Positions 9,146-17,759 of a stretch of DNA of 31,986 nucleotides are shown piece after piece; within the stretch, counting starts at the first letter, position 1; every line of letters begins with the position of its first letter. Source of the stretch: an uncultured virus (IMG/VR IMGVR_UViG_3300033149_003138). Its lineage: Duplodnaviria; Heunggongvirae; Uroviricota; Caudoviricetes. A program made the translations under genes and the position numbers. The notes below the pieces were generated by a model. That model was given only the letters and a program-made list of their open reading frames with translations. It was not told the origin of the DNA and did no database searches. The DNA lies in IMG/VR virus record IMGVR_UViG_3300033149_003138; one strand, given 5' to 3'.

Positions 9146-9366
9146 TGCAGAGTCTAATTAGGTGTCCTAGCTGTGGATCAGAGGTTGATGAGACCTTCGA
9201 GTGCTGGGAGTGTGGAACAGAAATCTGTGAACACTGCATGTATCAATCAATAGCTGTGGCTGGTGACTACTGTGAAGGCTGTGGGGAAATCGAAGAGGCT
9301 AAACAAGACATAGAGGGAGCAAGGGAGGTTCTGGAAAATCATGGTGTCACGTATGAAACGACTTAA
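9145..9366 (+). CDS. Multi-CxxC Zn-finger protein
   Basis: CPSC, CWEC, CEHC, CEGC. Confidence 0.7.
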   Translation: MQSLIRCPSCGSEVDETFECWECGTEICEHCMYQSIAVAGDYCEGCGEIEEAKQDIEGAREVLENHGVTYETT

Positions 9367-9541
9367 AGTAAAGAAGGATGTACAGATACATCATCCCACC
9401 ATTCTAGTAGCCGAAAAAGGCTCAGTTCTAAGATGCAGGTGCATCCTCTTTGGAAGCATTGGTGATACCATGATAAGAAATGAGACAACTGACCCAAAGC
9501 AGTTTGAGGAATATTTTGAAATATTGGAGGAATTGGAGTGA
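9341..9541 (+). CDS. Hypothetical protein
   Basis: Operon-coupled ORF; start may be ATG 9353. Confidence 0.55.
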   Translation: MVSRMKRLKVKKDVQIHHPTILVAEKGSVLRCRCILFGSIGDTMIRNETTDPKQFEEYFEILEELE

Positions 9542-9586
9542 CTCAAAGACCCGTAGATAAAATAGTTGGAGAAAAACTAATGGAGG

Positions 9587-9826
9587 GTGATTAGGATGCC
9601 GATCAAGAAACCAGACTTCGCTGACGATAACACGTTCACACAGAAGATAGACGTTCTCGACTTACTAATCAACGTAATCAGGGAAGAGGAGGAAAAACTG
9701 GAAGAATTGGTCACACGCCTTGAGATCGTTGCTTCTATAGTTGAAGAGAGATGCTCCGAGGCAGGTGATACAAGTTGTATCCATCAGGCTGTAGACCTCA
9801 AGGAATACCTGACTAAGGGGCAATAG
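9587..9826 (+). CDS. Small coiled-coil protein
   Basis: IDVLDLLINVIREEEEKLEELVTRLE heptads; GAGGGTGA SD favours ATG 9596. Confidence 0.7.
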   Translation: MIRMPIKKPDFADDNTFTQKIDVLDLLINVIREEEEKLEELVTRLEIVASIVEERCSEAGDTSCIHQAVDLKEYLTKGQ

Positions 9827-9854
9827 CTATAAACTCCGACACCCTCCCTCATAC

Positions 9855-10113
9855 TGGAGTCCTGCCCAGTGGTTCTTTAGAGCCATACTTACTCAAAGTA
9901 GCTGGGCAGGACATCCACATGCCGTTGGGTGGAGACCCTTCTGGTAGCACAGAAAAACCCTCAAGCTACGAAAGCCCCGTAGTATGCTCTTGAGGGTCTT
10001 CAGGGTCTCCACTATCTTTATCAAGATTGTATGCAAACGCTATCATGGATAGGGGTGTCTTCTCTGCCCTCTGGGGTTGAGGGGCATGGGTTGCTCTCAG
10101 CCCCTATCCACAA
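9855..10113 (+). ncRNA. Candidate structured ncRNA with three branched stem-loop domains
   Basis: Stems 9859-9869/9902-9912, 9929-9939/10002-10012, 9957-9965/9989-9997 and 10046-10055/10101-10110. TATAAA at 9828-9833. No ORF here. Confidence 0.55.
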
Positions 10114-10118
10114 AATTG

Positions 10119-10161
10119 AGTGATCTAGCGCGTGATCTAGTAGATCACTAACTAGATCACT
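10119..10161. repeat. Double inverted repeat of GTGATCTA(G/C)
   Basis: GTGATCTAG at 10120 and 10132; reverse copies GTAGATCAC at 10140 and CTAGATCAC at 10152. Confidence 0.85.
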
Positions 10162-10305
10162 TGTAATATTCATCGATTATTTTCAATTTTATATTGGGGT
10201 TAATTTGGAGTGGGGTGTAAGTTTGGTTAATCTCATTTACGGATACTACTCTCATGAATTTATTTCCAGTTTGTCGTGTGGGGCATAATGATTATTTCCT
10301 TATGC

Positions 10306-10428
10306 CTATTCAAGAGGAAAAATCGCCACTGTTTTTCCCTTCAACTGTTTTTCGACTTGTTTAAAGGCTCTACTTCGTCTTTTTTGGCTTTTCCCTTCGT
10401 ATATTTTAATTTTAACGACTATAGACAC
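10306..10428 (-). CDS. Small basic hypothetical protein (40 aa)
   Basis: GTG start after GGAAGGA; MSIVVKIKIYEGKSQKRRSRAF... Confidence 0.35.
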   Translation of the reverse strand: MSIVVKIKIYEGKSQKRRSRAFKQVEKQLKGKTVAIFPLE

Positions 10429-10494
10429 AATTCCTTCCTGAATGTTATCAGTTATCTGTTCTACACTGCCTCTAAACTCCAAGGTTATCCCCCC

Positions 10495-10770
10495 TCAGTC
10501 TTTGTTGTCTAGTTTTGGTTCCTGTTTTCTGAGTAGTCTTCCTAGCCTCTGGGATTTTCCGCTATCTAGCCAATTGTTTGCAGTGTTGACTGTATTTCTA
10601 GCTTTCTCGATTTTAATCCTCATTCTATACAGAGTGCTGTAGATGACTGATGGATTTACATCAAGCTGTTCAGCCACTTCTTTGACTTCCTTTTCTTTGA
10701 GAAGTTCAGCTATCCTGTACTCCCTTTCAGAGAAATATGATTTATGCACTATTGACATTATCATCCTCAC
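10495..10770 (-). CDS. HTH transcription regulator (LuxR/sigma70 region-4-like)
   Basis: FSEREYRIAELL...VKEVAEQLDVNPSVIYSTLYRMRIKI. TATA-like ACCTATATATT on the - strand at 10810-10820. Confidence 0.75.
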   Translation of the reverse strand: MRMIMSIVHKSYFSEREYRIAELLKEKEVKEVAEQLDVNPSVIYSTLYRMRIKIEKARNTVNTANNWLDSGKSQRLGRLLRKQEPKLDNKD

Positions 10771-10902
10771 CGTTTAGACCATATACTGATAATGTTTATA
10801 ATCTAAACAAATATATAGGTATTGCGATTTTTGTATATAAAATAAACAATATGTGTTTAAAGAGAAGGTTTCGACGGGGAGTTTTTTCGGTTGTTACCCT
10901 TA

Positions 10903-11766
10903 TTAGTGTCTCTCGAACATGTATTGGTTCATCTTTTGGGTTGCTGTCAGCGTGAATCGTCTGCTTTTGCTGATGTAGTTCTCGATGGTGACTAGGTGGA
11001 GACCTGTCCAGTTTCGTATCTCTGCAATGCTGAATCGTGGGTCTGAGCAGAAGAATGTGATCCTGTTCTCTCTTAACCAGTGGGGGTAAAATTTCTTACC
11101 GAACACTTCTTTATGCCATCTCCACCACGTCGTTCTATCGATGTTCCACGGTTTTTCTCCTGAGTCAAATCTTTCTATCCATTGGATGATTTCAGGCACG
11201 AACGTCCAGTCTGTTCTCAGTTCGATTGGGAACGTTGCTTGCTGTCTCGTAACTCTCTTCCCCTTCTTGAGCCTGAATGCGATGATTCTAAGGACTTCGT
11301 TGCCTTCCGTATCTTCGTCAAACTCGAAATGGTCTCTTGTTAAATGTCTGTTTTCCGTGTTTCTGAAGCCTCCCCAGAAACCAAGACAACAACCTGCTTC
11401 TTTACGATACTCGTTGAAGGAATGTGGGTTAATGGAATCGATTTTTTTAATCATGTCATCTAGGTCGAGTATAGCGTCCTGCTTCCCGTATTTATACCTG
11501 TGTGGGTATCTCACATTGTCATGTCTCTTGGGGAGGTTGAATTTGTGTCTATAGTGATAGATTCTCTCTGGGTCTAGGTCGGCATATGGGTTTATGCTTC
11601 CATCTGGAAGGGTCTCCACGCCTCCAAATCCAAGTGCCTGTGCTATCTGTTTTCCACTGAATCTTGGGTTTCCTTCTCTGTCAGTAAGCATCCATAACTG
11701 CTTCAACTGGGTCTCCAGAACCGCTTCCTGTTCTGGAGTGAGTACGCTATAGCCTCTCATCCCCAT
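10903..11766 (-). CDS. Tyrosine recombinase/integrase
   Basis: Catalytic set: R (GFRNTE), K (RLKKG), HxxR (PHWLR), TGLH, Y (IENY). Confidence 0.85.
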   Translation of the reverse strand: MGMRGYSVLTPEQEAVLETQLKQLWMLTDREGNPRFSGKQIAQALGFGGVETLPDGSINPYADLDPERIYHYRHKFNLPKRHDNVRYPHRYKYGKQDAILDLDDMIKKIDSINPHSFNEYRKEAGCCLGFWGGFRNTENRHLTRDHFEFDEDTEGNEVLRIIAFRLKKGKRVTRQQATFPIELRTDWTFVPEIIQWIERFDSGEKPWNIDRTTWWRWHKEVFGKKFYPHWLRENRITFFCSDPRFSIAEIRNWTGLHLVTIENYISKSRRFTLTATQKMNQYMFERH

Positions 11767-11785
11767 CTTTCAATTCTCCTTGAAG

Positions 11786-12099
11786 GTGATCTACCGTCGT
11801 GATCTAGTGACCCCCTAAAACAGAGTTTTTCAGACCCTCTGAAAACGATTACCCCCCTAGTAAATCTGCCCCGTTCTACCCCTCTCTCTAGGTCAAAATG
11901 ATCTAGTTGAGGGGAGCCGTTTTTGAGGCTTTTTTTCAAATCCATGCGTTTTCAGCCCTTATTGGGTTTGCACTAGATCGCAGGGGCGATGCAACTAAAC
12001 CTATGTTTAGTTGCACTTTATATATACCTTCCGTTTTTTGATCTGGTACCCTCTCTCCCCCTTGTGTGGTAGTTGAGGATGACCCCTACACTAGATCGA
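11786..12099. repeat. Dispersed (G)TGATCTAG-like motifs upstream of the recombinase
   Basis: GTGATCTAC 11786, GTGATCTAG 11799, ATGATCTAG 11898; reverse copies CTAGATCGC 11973 and CTAGATCGA 12091. Confidence 0.7.
11990..12015. promoter_or_regulatory. Perfect 11-bp inverted repeat (operator or recombination site) beside a TATA box
   Basis: TGCAACTAAAC-ctat-GTTTAGTTGCA followed by CTTTATATATACC. Confidence 0.65.
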
Positions 12100-12278
12100 T
12101 CGGGGTAGAGGCTTTGAATGCGATTGGCTGTTAGATATACATAAATGTAATGCTGATGCCTTGGGGCACAGTGTCCTGTGGCTGATGCTTCTTGATGGTG
12201 CTATCTCTGTCTTCCGCTTTGTTGGCTCTGATTCCCTAAAAGACGGTATGCTGTTATATATATATGAATGTAAGTGTA

Positions 12279-14492
12279 TTATAATGGTAAGTGGCTTTTG
12301 GCTTGGGCTTCCTCTGCTAGAGGTATCCATCCTGTCTTCTTTATGATGTCTTTGTACAGAAGTCCTCCTGCCCTTCTGCATCTGGGGCAGTATCCGAATT
12401 TGGCTACATCGGTATCGTGATACAGTTGGTGATCGGATATTGTTTGGAAGGCTCTGCCTGTCTTTCTTGCCATTTCTCTCATGCTTGCTTTGTCGATGCT
12501 TACGCCTCTCTTGTTTCTGATTTTGGCTGGTGCCGTGGCTTCGATTATTGCTACGTGTTCTTGGTCACTTACGCTATCTCCTGCTCCCTGTGGCTGAGAC
12601 TCTACCATGCCTTCATGTTCGATGACTTTGATTCCTGTTTCATGAAGGATGTTTTCTTTCTCTTGCTTGTGCCATTCGACTTCAGGGAACCATCCTACTC
12701 CAAGATTCCCTTCTTTGGTTAGGATCACGAAGTCGCTTGGTGACATATTTCTTATCCAATCTGGATTGAAATAACGGTAAATGAACTTGAGATCGTCTGG
12801 TAGTCCAAGGTATCCTTGTCCTTTGAAGATCGTGTTGTCCACTAATACACGTATGTCGATGTCGATTGACGTGTACTTCAGCGTATCCAGTTCGAGTGCA
12901 AGACCCATGTGGCGTGCCTCTCTGATCAGGTAGATCATGTAGGCTTTGGCTTGTGTCTGGTTGTTGCTCACCCTAAGTCGGCTGTAGTACAGGTTGGATG
13001 CTTCACGTACTATGCCTACAACCAGCTTCTTCCAGCCCTTTACTCCCCTCTCGTAGAGCAAGTCTGTGACGATGTTCACATTTCCATATTCGTCGTTCAG
13101 GTCTTTGTGGAGTGGACTTGCTGTAACAAGCACGTCGTACTTTCTTAGGTGGGTGTGGTTCAGCCTGTTGATGGGTATCTCATCAAAGCAGGAGTCCAGC
13201 GTGACGTTGGGTGAGTGGACTAGGGCTAGTTTCTTATCTCCGTTTGCTCTGCCAACACCATCCACCTCTGGGCATCTGCACCATGCAAGACCCTCTCCAT
13301 CTCTACTATTTCCAGACCAACATGTTTTGCCCTTACGCATTACAAGGATGAGTCCATTGGGCACAGTAACGTCATAGATTTTTCCCTTATAGTGAGTCTT
13401 CTTGATCTTATCTCTTCTAATCTGTGGATTAATTGCCACTCTACTAAGTATCACAATGTATTCAGGATGGTTGCCTTTTACTTCCCTTCCATCTTTCATT
13501 ACAGAGTTTCTGGATGGTCTCATGTATCTTGATGTACCGTATCCGCTTTTTATTGCGATCTCTTGGAAGTCATCTGCTAGTTTTTTGGATGATGTTGAAT
13601 AGGTGTTTTTCTGGGTTCTATGCCCATCTCCTTTTATCATTGTCTCAACAAGGATTTTAAGGAGTTTTGAGGGGAGGTCTTTAACTTCTTGAGGGATGTA
13701 TTTTTCTGATGATTTTCCTAATGGGTAGAAATAATCATACAATGCAGGTGAATTTATGATAACTCTGTCGTTAGACCAATAAGCGTCAACCCCAAGAACT
13801 TTACATGATTCGAGGATTTCCTTAATATCATCTTCCACGAAATGAACTATTTCGATCCTCTTTGTGCTAGGTTTAACGAAGTGTGGAAATCCCCGAGTTA
13901 TATACCATCCAATTATTTTGACTAAGTTTTCGAGTTTTAGGGCTGAGGAATGCTGGATACCTACGCTGATGGGGGTATTTTTAAAATAACCTCTCCATTT
14001 TGTTTCCCTTATGAAGCGATATGGTATATGATGCGAAGAGTATTTCTCAGATAGATTAGGAAACTTTATAGCAGTCATTATTTTTTGTGTTCTCTTCTTA
14101 TAATGTTCGACAAAGCATCTGTGGTCAGGTGTAATTAGTAGGTTGTAGGGCGTTTTCCCTTCTCCTATTTGAATCATTTCTCCGTCGTAATCATAGACTT
14201 GAATTGCTGTAGGGTGTTGATATTCTAAATAGCCTTCTTTATCTCTTGTAGCTAGAAGACTTTCCTTAGTAACATCCTTAAACAATAACCAGCCTTCTTT
14301 AGAAAGAGTGTAGGTATCTGAGTCAAAACATCCAAATATGTCGAAGACGGTGTGACCGTTCTCAAGATAAGTCAATGCTCTGTGTTCTAGGAAGCTGGAT
14401 TTGCCTCCCCCACGGATGGGGGACATAACAAAGTCGGTGTGGGGTCTGTTGGTTAGGATTTTCTGTGTTCCTCTCACCCATACGATATTCAT
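12279..14492 (-). CDS. FtsK/HerA/A32-like P-loop ATPase, intein-containing (putative genome packaging or extrusion motor)
   Basis: Walker A GGGKSS; Walker B-like VGIVREAS; arginine-finger-like IREARHMGL; C-terminal HTH-like segment and CPRC. About 396 aa after splicing. Confidence 0.75.
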   Translation of the reverse strand: MNIVWVRGTQKILTNRPHTDFVMSPIRGGGKSSFLEHRALTYLENGHTVFDIFGCFDSDTYTLSKEGWLLFKDVTKESLLATRDKEGYLEYQHPTAIQVYDYDGEMIQIGEGKTPYNLLITPDHRCFVEHYKKRTQKIMTAIKFPNLSEKYSSHHIPYRFIRETKWRGYFKNTPISVGIQHSSALKLENLVKIIGWYITRGFPHFVKPSTKRIEIVHFVEDDIKEILESCKVLGVDAYWSNDRVIINSPALYDYFYPLGKSSEKYIPQEVKDLPSKLLKILVETMIKGDGHRTQKNTYSTSSKKLADDFQEIAIKSGYGTSRYMRPSRNSVMKDGREVKGNHPEYIVILSRVAINPQIRRDKIKKTHYKGKIYDVTVPNGLILVMRKGKTCWSGNSRDGEGLAWCRCPEVDGVGRANGDKKLALVHSPNVTLDSCFDEIPINRLNHTHLRKYDVLVTASPLHKDLNDEYGNVNIVTDLLYERGVKGWKKLVVGIVREASNLYYSRLRVSNNQTQAKAYMIYLIREARHMGLALELDTLKYTSIDIDIRVLVDNTIFKGQGYLGLPDDLKFIYRYFNPDWIRNMSPSDFVILTKEGNLGVGWFPEVEWHKQEKENILHETGIKVIEHEGMVESQPQGAGDSVSDQEHVAIIEATAPAKIRNKRGVSIDKASMREMARKTGRAFQTISDHQLYHDTDVAKFGYCPRCRRAGGLLYKDIIKKTGWIPLAEEAQAKSHLPL
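13308..14330 (-). mobile_element. Intein (341 aa) with a LAGLIDADG-type endonuclease domain
   Basis: Block A CFDSDTYTL, block B ITPDHR, blocks F/G IYDVTVPNG...WSGN|S. LAGLIDADG-like IIGWYITRG and ETMIKGDG; TSSKKLADDFQEI. Confidence 0.92.
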
Positions 14493-14553
14493 GCTTCTTA
14501 ACCTTTTACTGAAAATGATTCTAATCTACATATTGCTTTTGATCTTGGGGGCA

Positions 14554-15384
14554 TCATGGTGTTAGTTTTCCCCCAAAGGATGCTAGTGCTTCCTTGAAGC
14601 TACTTGGGGAGACCTTCTGCATAATCTTTTTGAACCACTGCATTGCCTGTGGTGTGTATTCGGTTATGAAGGCTGTAAAGAATGCGTTGTAGCTTTCATA
14701 TGTGAGTCCATCTCTGAAGCACCAGTACAGGTATTTGGCTTTGAACTTGTTTATTTCATCGAATACCTGAGTATCAATTATCTCTGTTTCTTGATAGAGG
14801 TCTATGGCTTCGTAGACAAGTCTTCTCATATGTCTTATCATTTCCTGTAGCTGTTGGGAGGCTAGTCTTCCTTCATTGGGGTAGCTTTCAAAGGGTAGGC
14901 GGGTTGCCCACGGGTGAAGGTAATCGTATGCCTCTGCCTCTGTGAAGGGGAACCCGATTTTGATCATTTCTCTGGGGTTCCAGTATTCGTCGTAGTCGAA
15001 GTCCTCTCTTGTGTTGCTGAATGATTGGCTTAATGCGTGAACTCTTTTTATCGTCGGTAGAACGGTTTTCATTCCAAGTTCTATGACCTCTTTCTCTTCT
15101 AGGATCATGAAGGCTTCACAGATATGCCTGATTTTTTCGATGGGTCTTGAAATTATTGCTAGTGCTAGTTCCTGTGCTATGAGGTGTTCTGCCCCTGTGG
15201 GTGGCGGTCTTACAGCCTTGTCGAGAAGGGCTAGAACTTTTACCCCGTCTTCCGCACTGAACTCCTTCTGGTCTGTGAAATATATGGGGGTTTCAAGGGC
15301 TTTTTGGACTTCATCTACATCTAGGGTATCCTGCGTCACTGGTAGAGGGGTATCCTCAATTGGAGTATTTTTAGACTCGTTCAT
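14554..15384 (-). CDS. Hypothetical helical protein in the ATPase operon
   Basis: 276-aa ORF overlapping the upstream gene. Confidence 0.75.
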   Translation of the reverse strand: MNESKNTPIEDTPLPVTQDTLDVDEVQKALETPIYFTDQKEFSAEDGVKVLALLDKAVRPPPTGAEHLIAQELALAIISRPIEKIRHICEAFMILEEKEVIELGMKTVLPTIKRVHALSQSFSNTREDFDYDEYWNPREMIKIGFPFTEAEAYDYLHPWATRLPFESYPNEGRLASQQLQEMIRHMRRLVYEAIDLYQETEIIDTQVFDEINKFKAKYLYWCFRDGLTYESYNAFFTAFITEYTPQAMQWFKKIMQKVSPSSFKEALASFGGKLTP

Positions 15385-16204
15385 GTTGCCTCATTGCATA
15401 GTATTCTAGAGTCTGTATTCCTTGTGTAAGTTCCATGAGGTCACGGTTTGTCCTGAAGGTAGGTGGTGCTGAGACTCTTTGGGGTATCTCCTGTCTGGAG
15501 ATCACTATTGGTGGCTGTGGCTCCACGTCTTCTTTGCTGAAGCTGAGTGCTATCAACAGCTTGGAGTATCTGAGCATGTCTATTCTTCTCTGGTTTAGGT
15601 TCAATTCAAGGGTCTCGACTGCGTACCTGTTTAGCTTTGCCTGTATCTCCAATGGAAGCCTCTCAATCATTATGCTTAACCGCATCTCCCTGTCAAGCAG
15701 TGCATCTTGGTCAAGGATGTAATCTCCGTCATCTTCAAAAGCCTCCTCTTGCAGAACTTCACTGATTGCCTTAACATTTTCTTCGGTTACACCGTCATAT
15801 GCTTCAGGTACGGCAACGATCTCTTCTAGGTAAAGGTTTCTTCTCCTCTTGTTGCTCTCATAGTTTTGCTTTATCTTCATGAATCGGCTGTGCTGTCTAA
15901 GGTAAGCCAAGACTTTTTTCAGCATTCTTGGGTCTGCCTGTATCTTGAGCCAAGGGATAGCACTTGTCCAAGTCTGAACCGAGAATCCGATGAAACGGTC
16001 TACTTCTGATGCGTTGTTTTCATCGAAACTCATTTCAGCTAAGTCCTGCAACCTGTCAGAAAGGTATCCTCCCTTGTTGATTGCTTTGAACCCAGCTTCC
16101 TCTGAGGCTCTGACGGGATCAAACTTGCCTGATAACCATCTTCCTGCTCTTGCAGGTGCCTGTCGTAGTCCTCTCAGGAAACTCATCTTAGTAAGAACCA
16201 CCAT
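15371..16204 (-). CDS. Hypothetical helical/coiled-coil protein in the ATPase operon
   Basis: 277-aa ORF; likely start at MSFLRG (16186), overlapping the previous stop. Confidence 0.75.
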   Translation of the reverse strand: MVVLTKMSFLRGLRQAPARAGRWLSGKFDPVRASEEAGFKAINKGGYLSDRLQDLAEMSFDENNASEVDRFIGFSVQTWTSAIPWLKIQADPRMLKKVLAYLRQHSRFMKIKQNYESNKRRRNLYLEEIVAVPEAYDGVTEENVKAISEVLQEEAFEDDGDYILDQDALLDREMRLSIMIERLPLEIQAKLNRYAVETLELNLNQRRIDMLRYSKLLIALSFSKEDVEPQPPIVISRQEIPQRVSAPPTFRTNRDLMELTQGIQTLEYYAMRQHERV

Positions 16205-17337
16205 ACTACAAAGGCTAGTATAGACGTACCTAGAACCGCTAGTAATATATGCTTCCAGTTGGTTGGATCAAAGAAGGGTCTAATGTCTTCTATCTCCCTT
16301 TCGTTTGCCTCCCATTCACCCCACACAGATAAGGCTAAGTCCTCAACATCCCTTCTGCCCTCTGTCACTGCCTGTAGCGTGTTTGTCCTTGCCTTGAGTA
16401 TCTGGGCTAGTGCCATTGCTTGATTGCTGTCTCCCAGTTTTATTGCCTCAGCTATCTCCATCCTCAGCTTTTTCCCGTATTCATCAACTTTACCATCCTC
16501 TACTGACTCTAGAATCGGTTTGATGCCTACCGCTATCTGAGTGAGGTCTGCTAATGCTGGACTCATTTGCACCTTGAAAACGGGTATGGGTTCGCCTCTC
16601 TCCCCCCAATAAAGGAATGTAGCACCCACAACTGCTGATGAACCTCCAAGGACTTGTGCTTGGTGTACTACAAACTGGTCTGGGCAGGGATAGAAGTCAT
16701 CTTGGTACGGGAAGTCGTGTATGAACTGGATTCTTTTGTATGGTATTCCGTTTGGTGCAAAGCTGTTGTGGTGAAGTATTACTTCAGTTGTCTTGGTTCC
16801 TGCAAGGAAGTTCTCTATGATTTCAGGGTTTGAAACGACTATTTGGTGAAGCCCTATCTGCACATCCTCTGGTTCAAAAGGAACCTCAATTACCTCCCTT
16901 ACATATTGTCTCTTTTTCGGGTTGTAGGTTAAGACCTCCTTCTTGAACACGGGAGGATTGAGGAACTGGGGCTTTCCCTCTTTCAAGTCGTTTGCTCTTA
17001 AAGTGGCATCGTTTCTCAGAGATACCCTATCAATGATCATCTGGTTTTCCCACGTGACTTTTTCTTTACTCCAGAACAGTATAGCGTTTATAGGTTCAAA
17101 TTCCACGATCTCTCTTCTAACCCCATCTCTCCACATATACCAGAGAACTATGCCTCCCGATGAGAAGGCAAAGCTGACTGCGAATGCTAGAAGTACAGAC
17201 CATCGATAGAAGATTAGGAGTACAAAGAATATCGATTCTCCCAGCAGTATCGGTATGAAGGGTAGAAGCATTCCTATGGCGATCTGTCTCTCCATAGGCA
17301 TTTCGGAGAAGTCTAGGATTCTGTTTATTATGCCCAT
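16183..17337 (-). CDS. Membrane protein (2 N-terminal TM, 1 C-terminal TM)
   Basis: Hydrophobic residues about 19-68, plus C-terminal HILLAVLGTSILAFVVWWFLL. Confidence 0.8.
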   Translation of the reverse strand: MGIINRILDFSEMPMERQIAIGMLLPFIPILLGESIFFVLLIFYRWSVLLAFAVSFAFSSGGIVLWYMWRDGVRREIVEFEPINAILFWSKEKVTWENQMIIDRVSLRNDATLRANDLKEGKPQFLNPPVFKKEVLTYNPKKRQYVREVIEVPFEPEDVQIGLHQIVVSNPEIIENFLAGTKTTEVILHHNSFAPNGIPYKRIQFIHDFPYQDDFYPCPDQFVVHQAQVLGGSSAVVGATFLYWGERGEPIPVFKVQMSPALADLTQIAVGIKPILESVEDGKVDEYGKKLRMEIAEAIKLGDSNQAMALAQILKARTNTLQAVTEGRRDVEDLALSVWGEWEANEREIEDIRPFFDPTNWKHILLAVLGTSILAFVVWWFLLR

Positions 17338-17639
17338 TATTTCACCACCCTCTCTATGGGGAAATCTGAGGACTCCATCACAAGCATTCCGTAAAACTCA
17401 AGGTTGGCTAACCTTGCCATTGCTGGGACTCTCACTTTCAGGAGAACTTTGAGGACTTCTGCGTTATCTGTGAAGTGCATCTCCCATTGAAATGGTAAGA
17501 CAACTTGGTTACTTGAACCCTGACGCTGTATTTTCTGTGCAGGTATTCTTTCATTGGGTATTATGTCAACGATCTCACAGTCTAAATGTCCTAGCTTGAA
17601 TTTTTGTTTTCTCAGATTATTCGTTCCCATATGAATCAT
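17337..17639 (-). CDS. Hypothetical protein, first gene of the - strand operon
   Basis: Its stop overlaps the next ATG (TAATG). Confidence 0.65.
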   Translation of the reverse strand: MIHMGTNNLRKQKFKLGHLDCEIVDIIPNERIPAQKIQRQGSSNQVVLPFQWEMHFTDNAEVLKVLLKVRVPAMARLANLEFYGMLVMESSDFPIERVVK

Positions 17640-17759
17640 TATGTTTTTTTGAGATTATATTGATTGCTATAAGTATATCAAATACCTGTCATAAGAGGTG
17701 TCTGTAGCCATGATTTAGCTTATAAGTACATGATACAACTTGCCTCACGGATAACAAAA
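17640..17759. promoter_or_regulatory. Divergent promoter region
   Basis: AT-rich gap between divergent operons, with TATA-like CTATAAGTATAT (about 17667) and CTTATAAG (about 17719). Confidence 0.5.

Noticed and set aside
9929..10012. Hammerhead ribozyme on the - strand (CUGAAGA after a stem)
   Set aside because: The GAAA required after stem II is absent (TTTT instead), and G-U pairs favour the + strand.
9855..10113. tRNA genes (units end in CCA)
   Set aside because: No TpsiC (GTTCRA) or D-arm consensus, and the CCA is base-paired within the basal stem.
11757..12381. Short ORFs 11757-11945, 12091-12381 and 12161-12346
   Set aside because: They are not protein-like and lie over the repeat/promoter region or overlap the end of the ATPase gene.
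11141..17452. + strand ORFs antisense to the recombinase and ATPase operon (and - strand ORFs within the + operons)
   Set aside because: Shadow frames of longer motif-bearing genes, with no independent signals.
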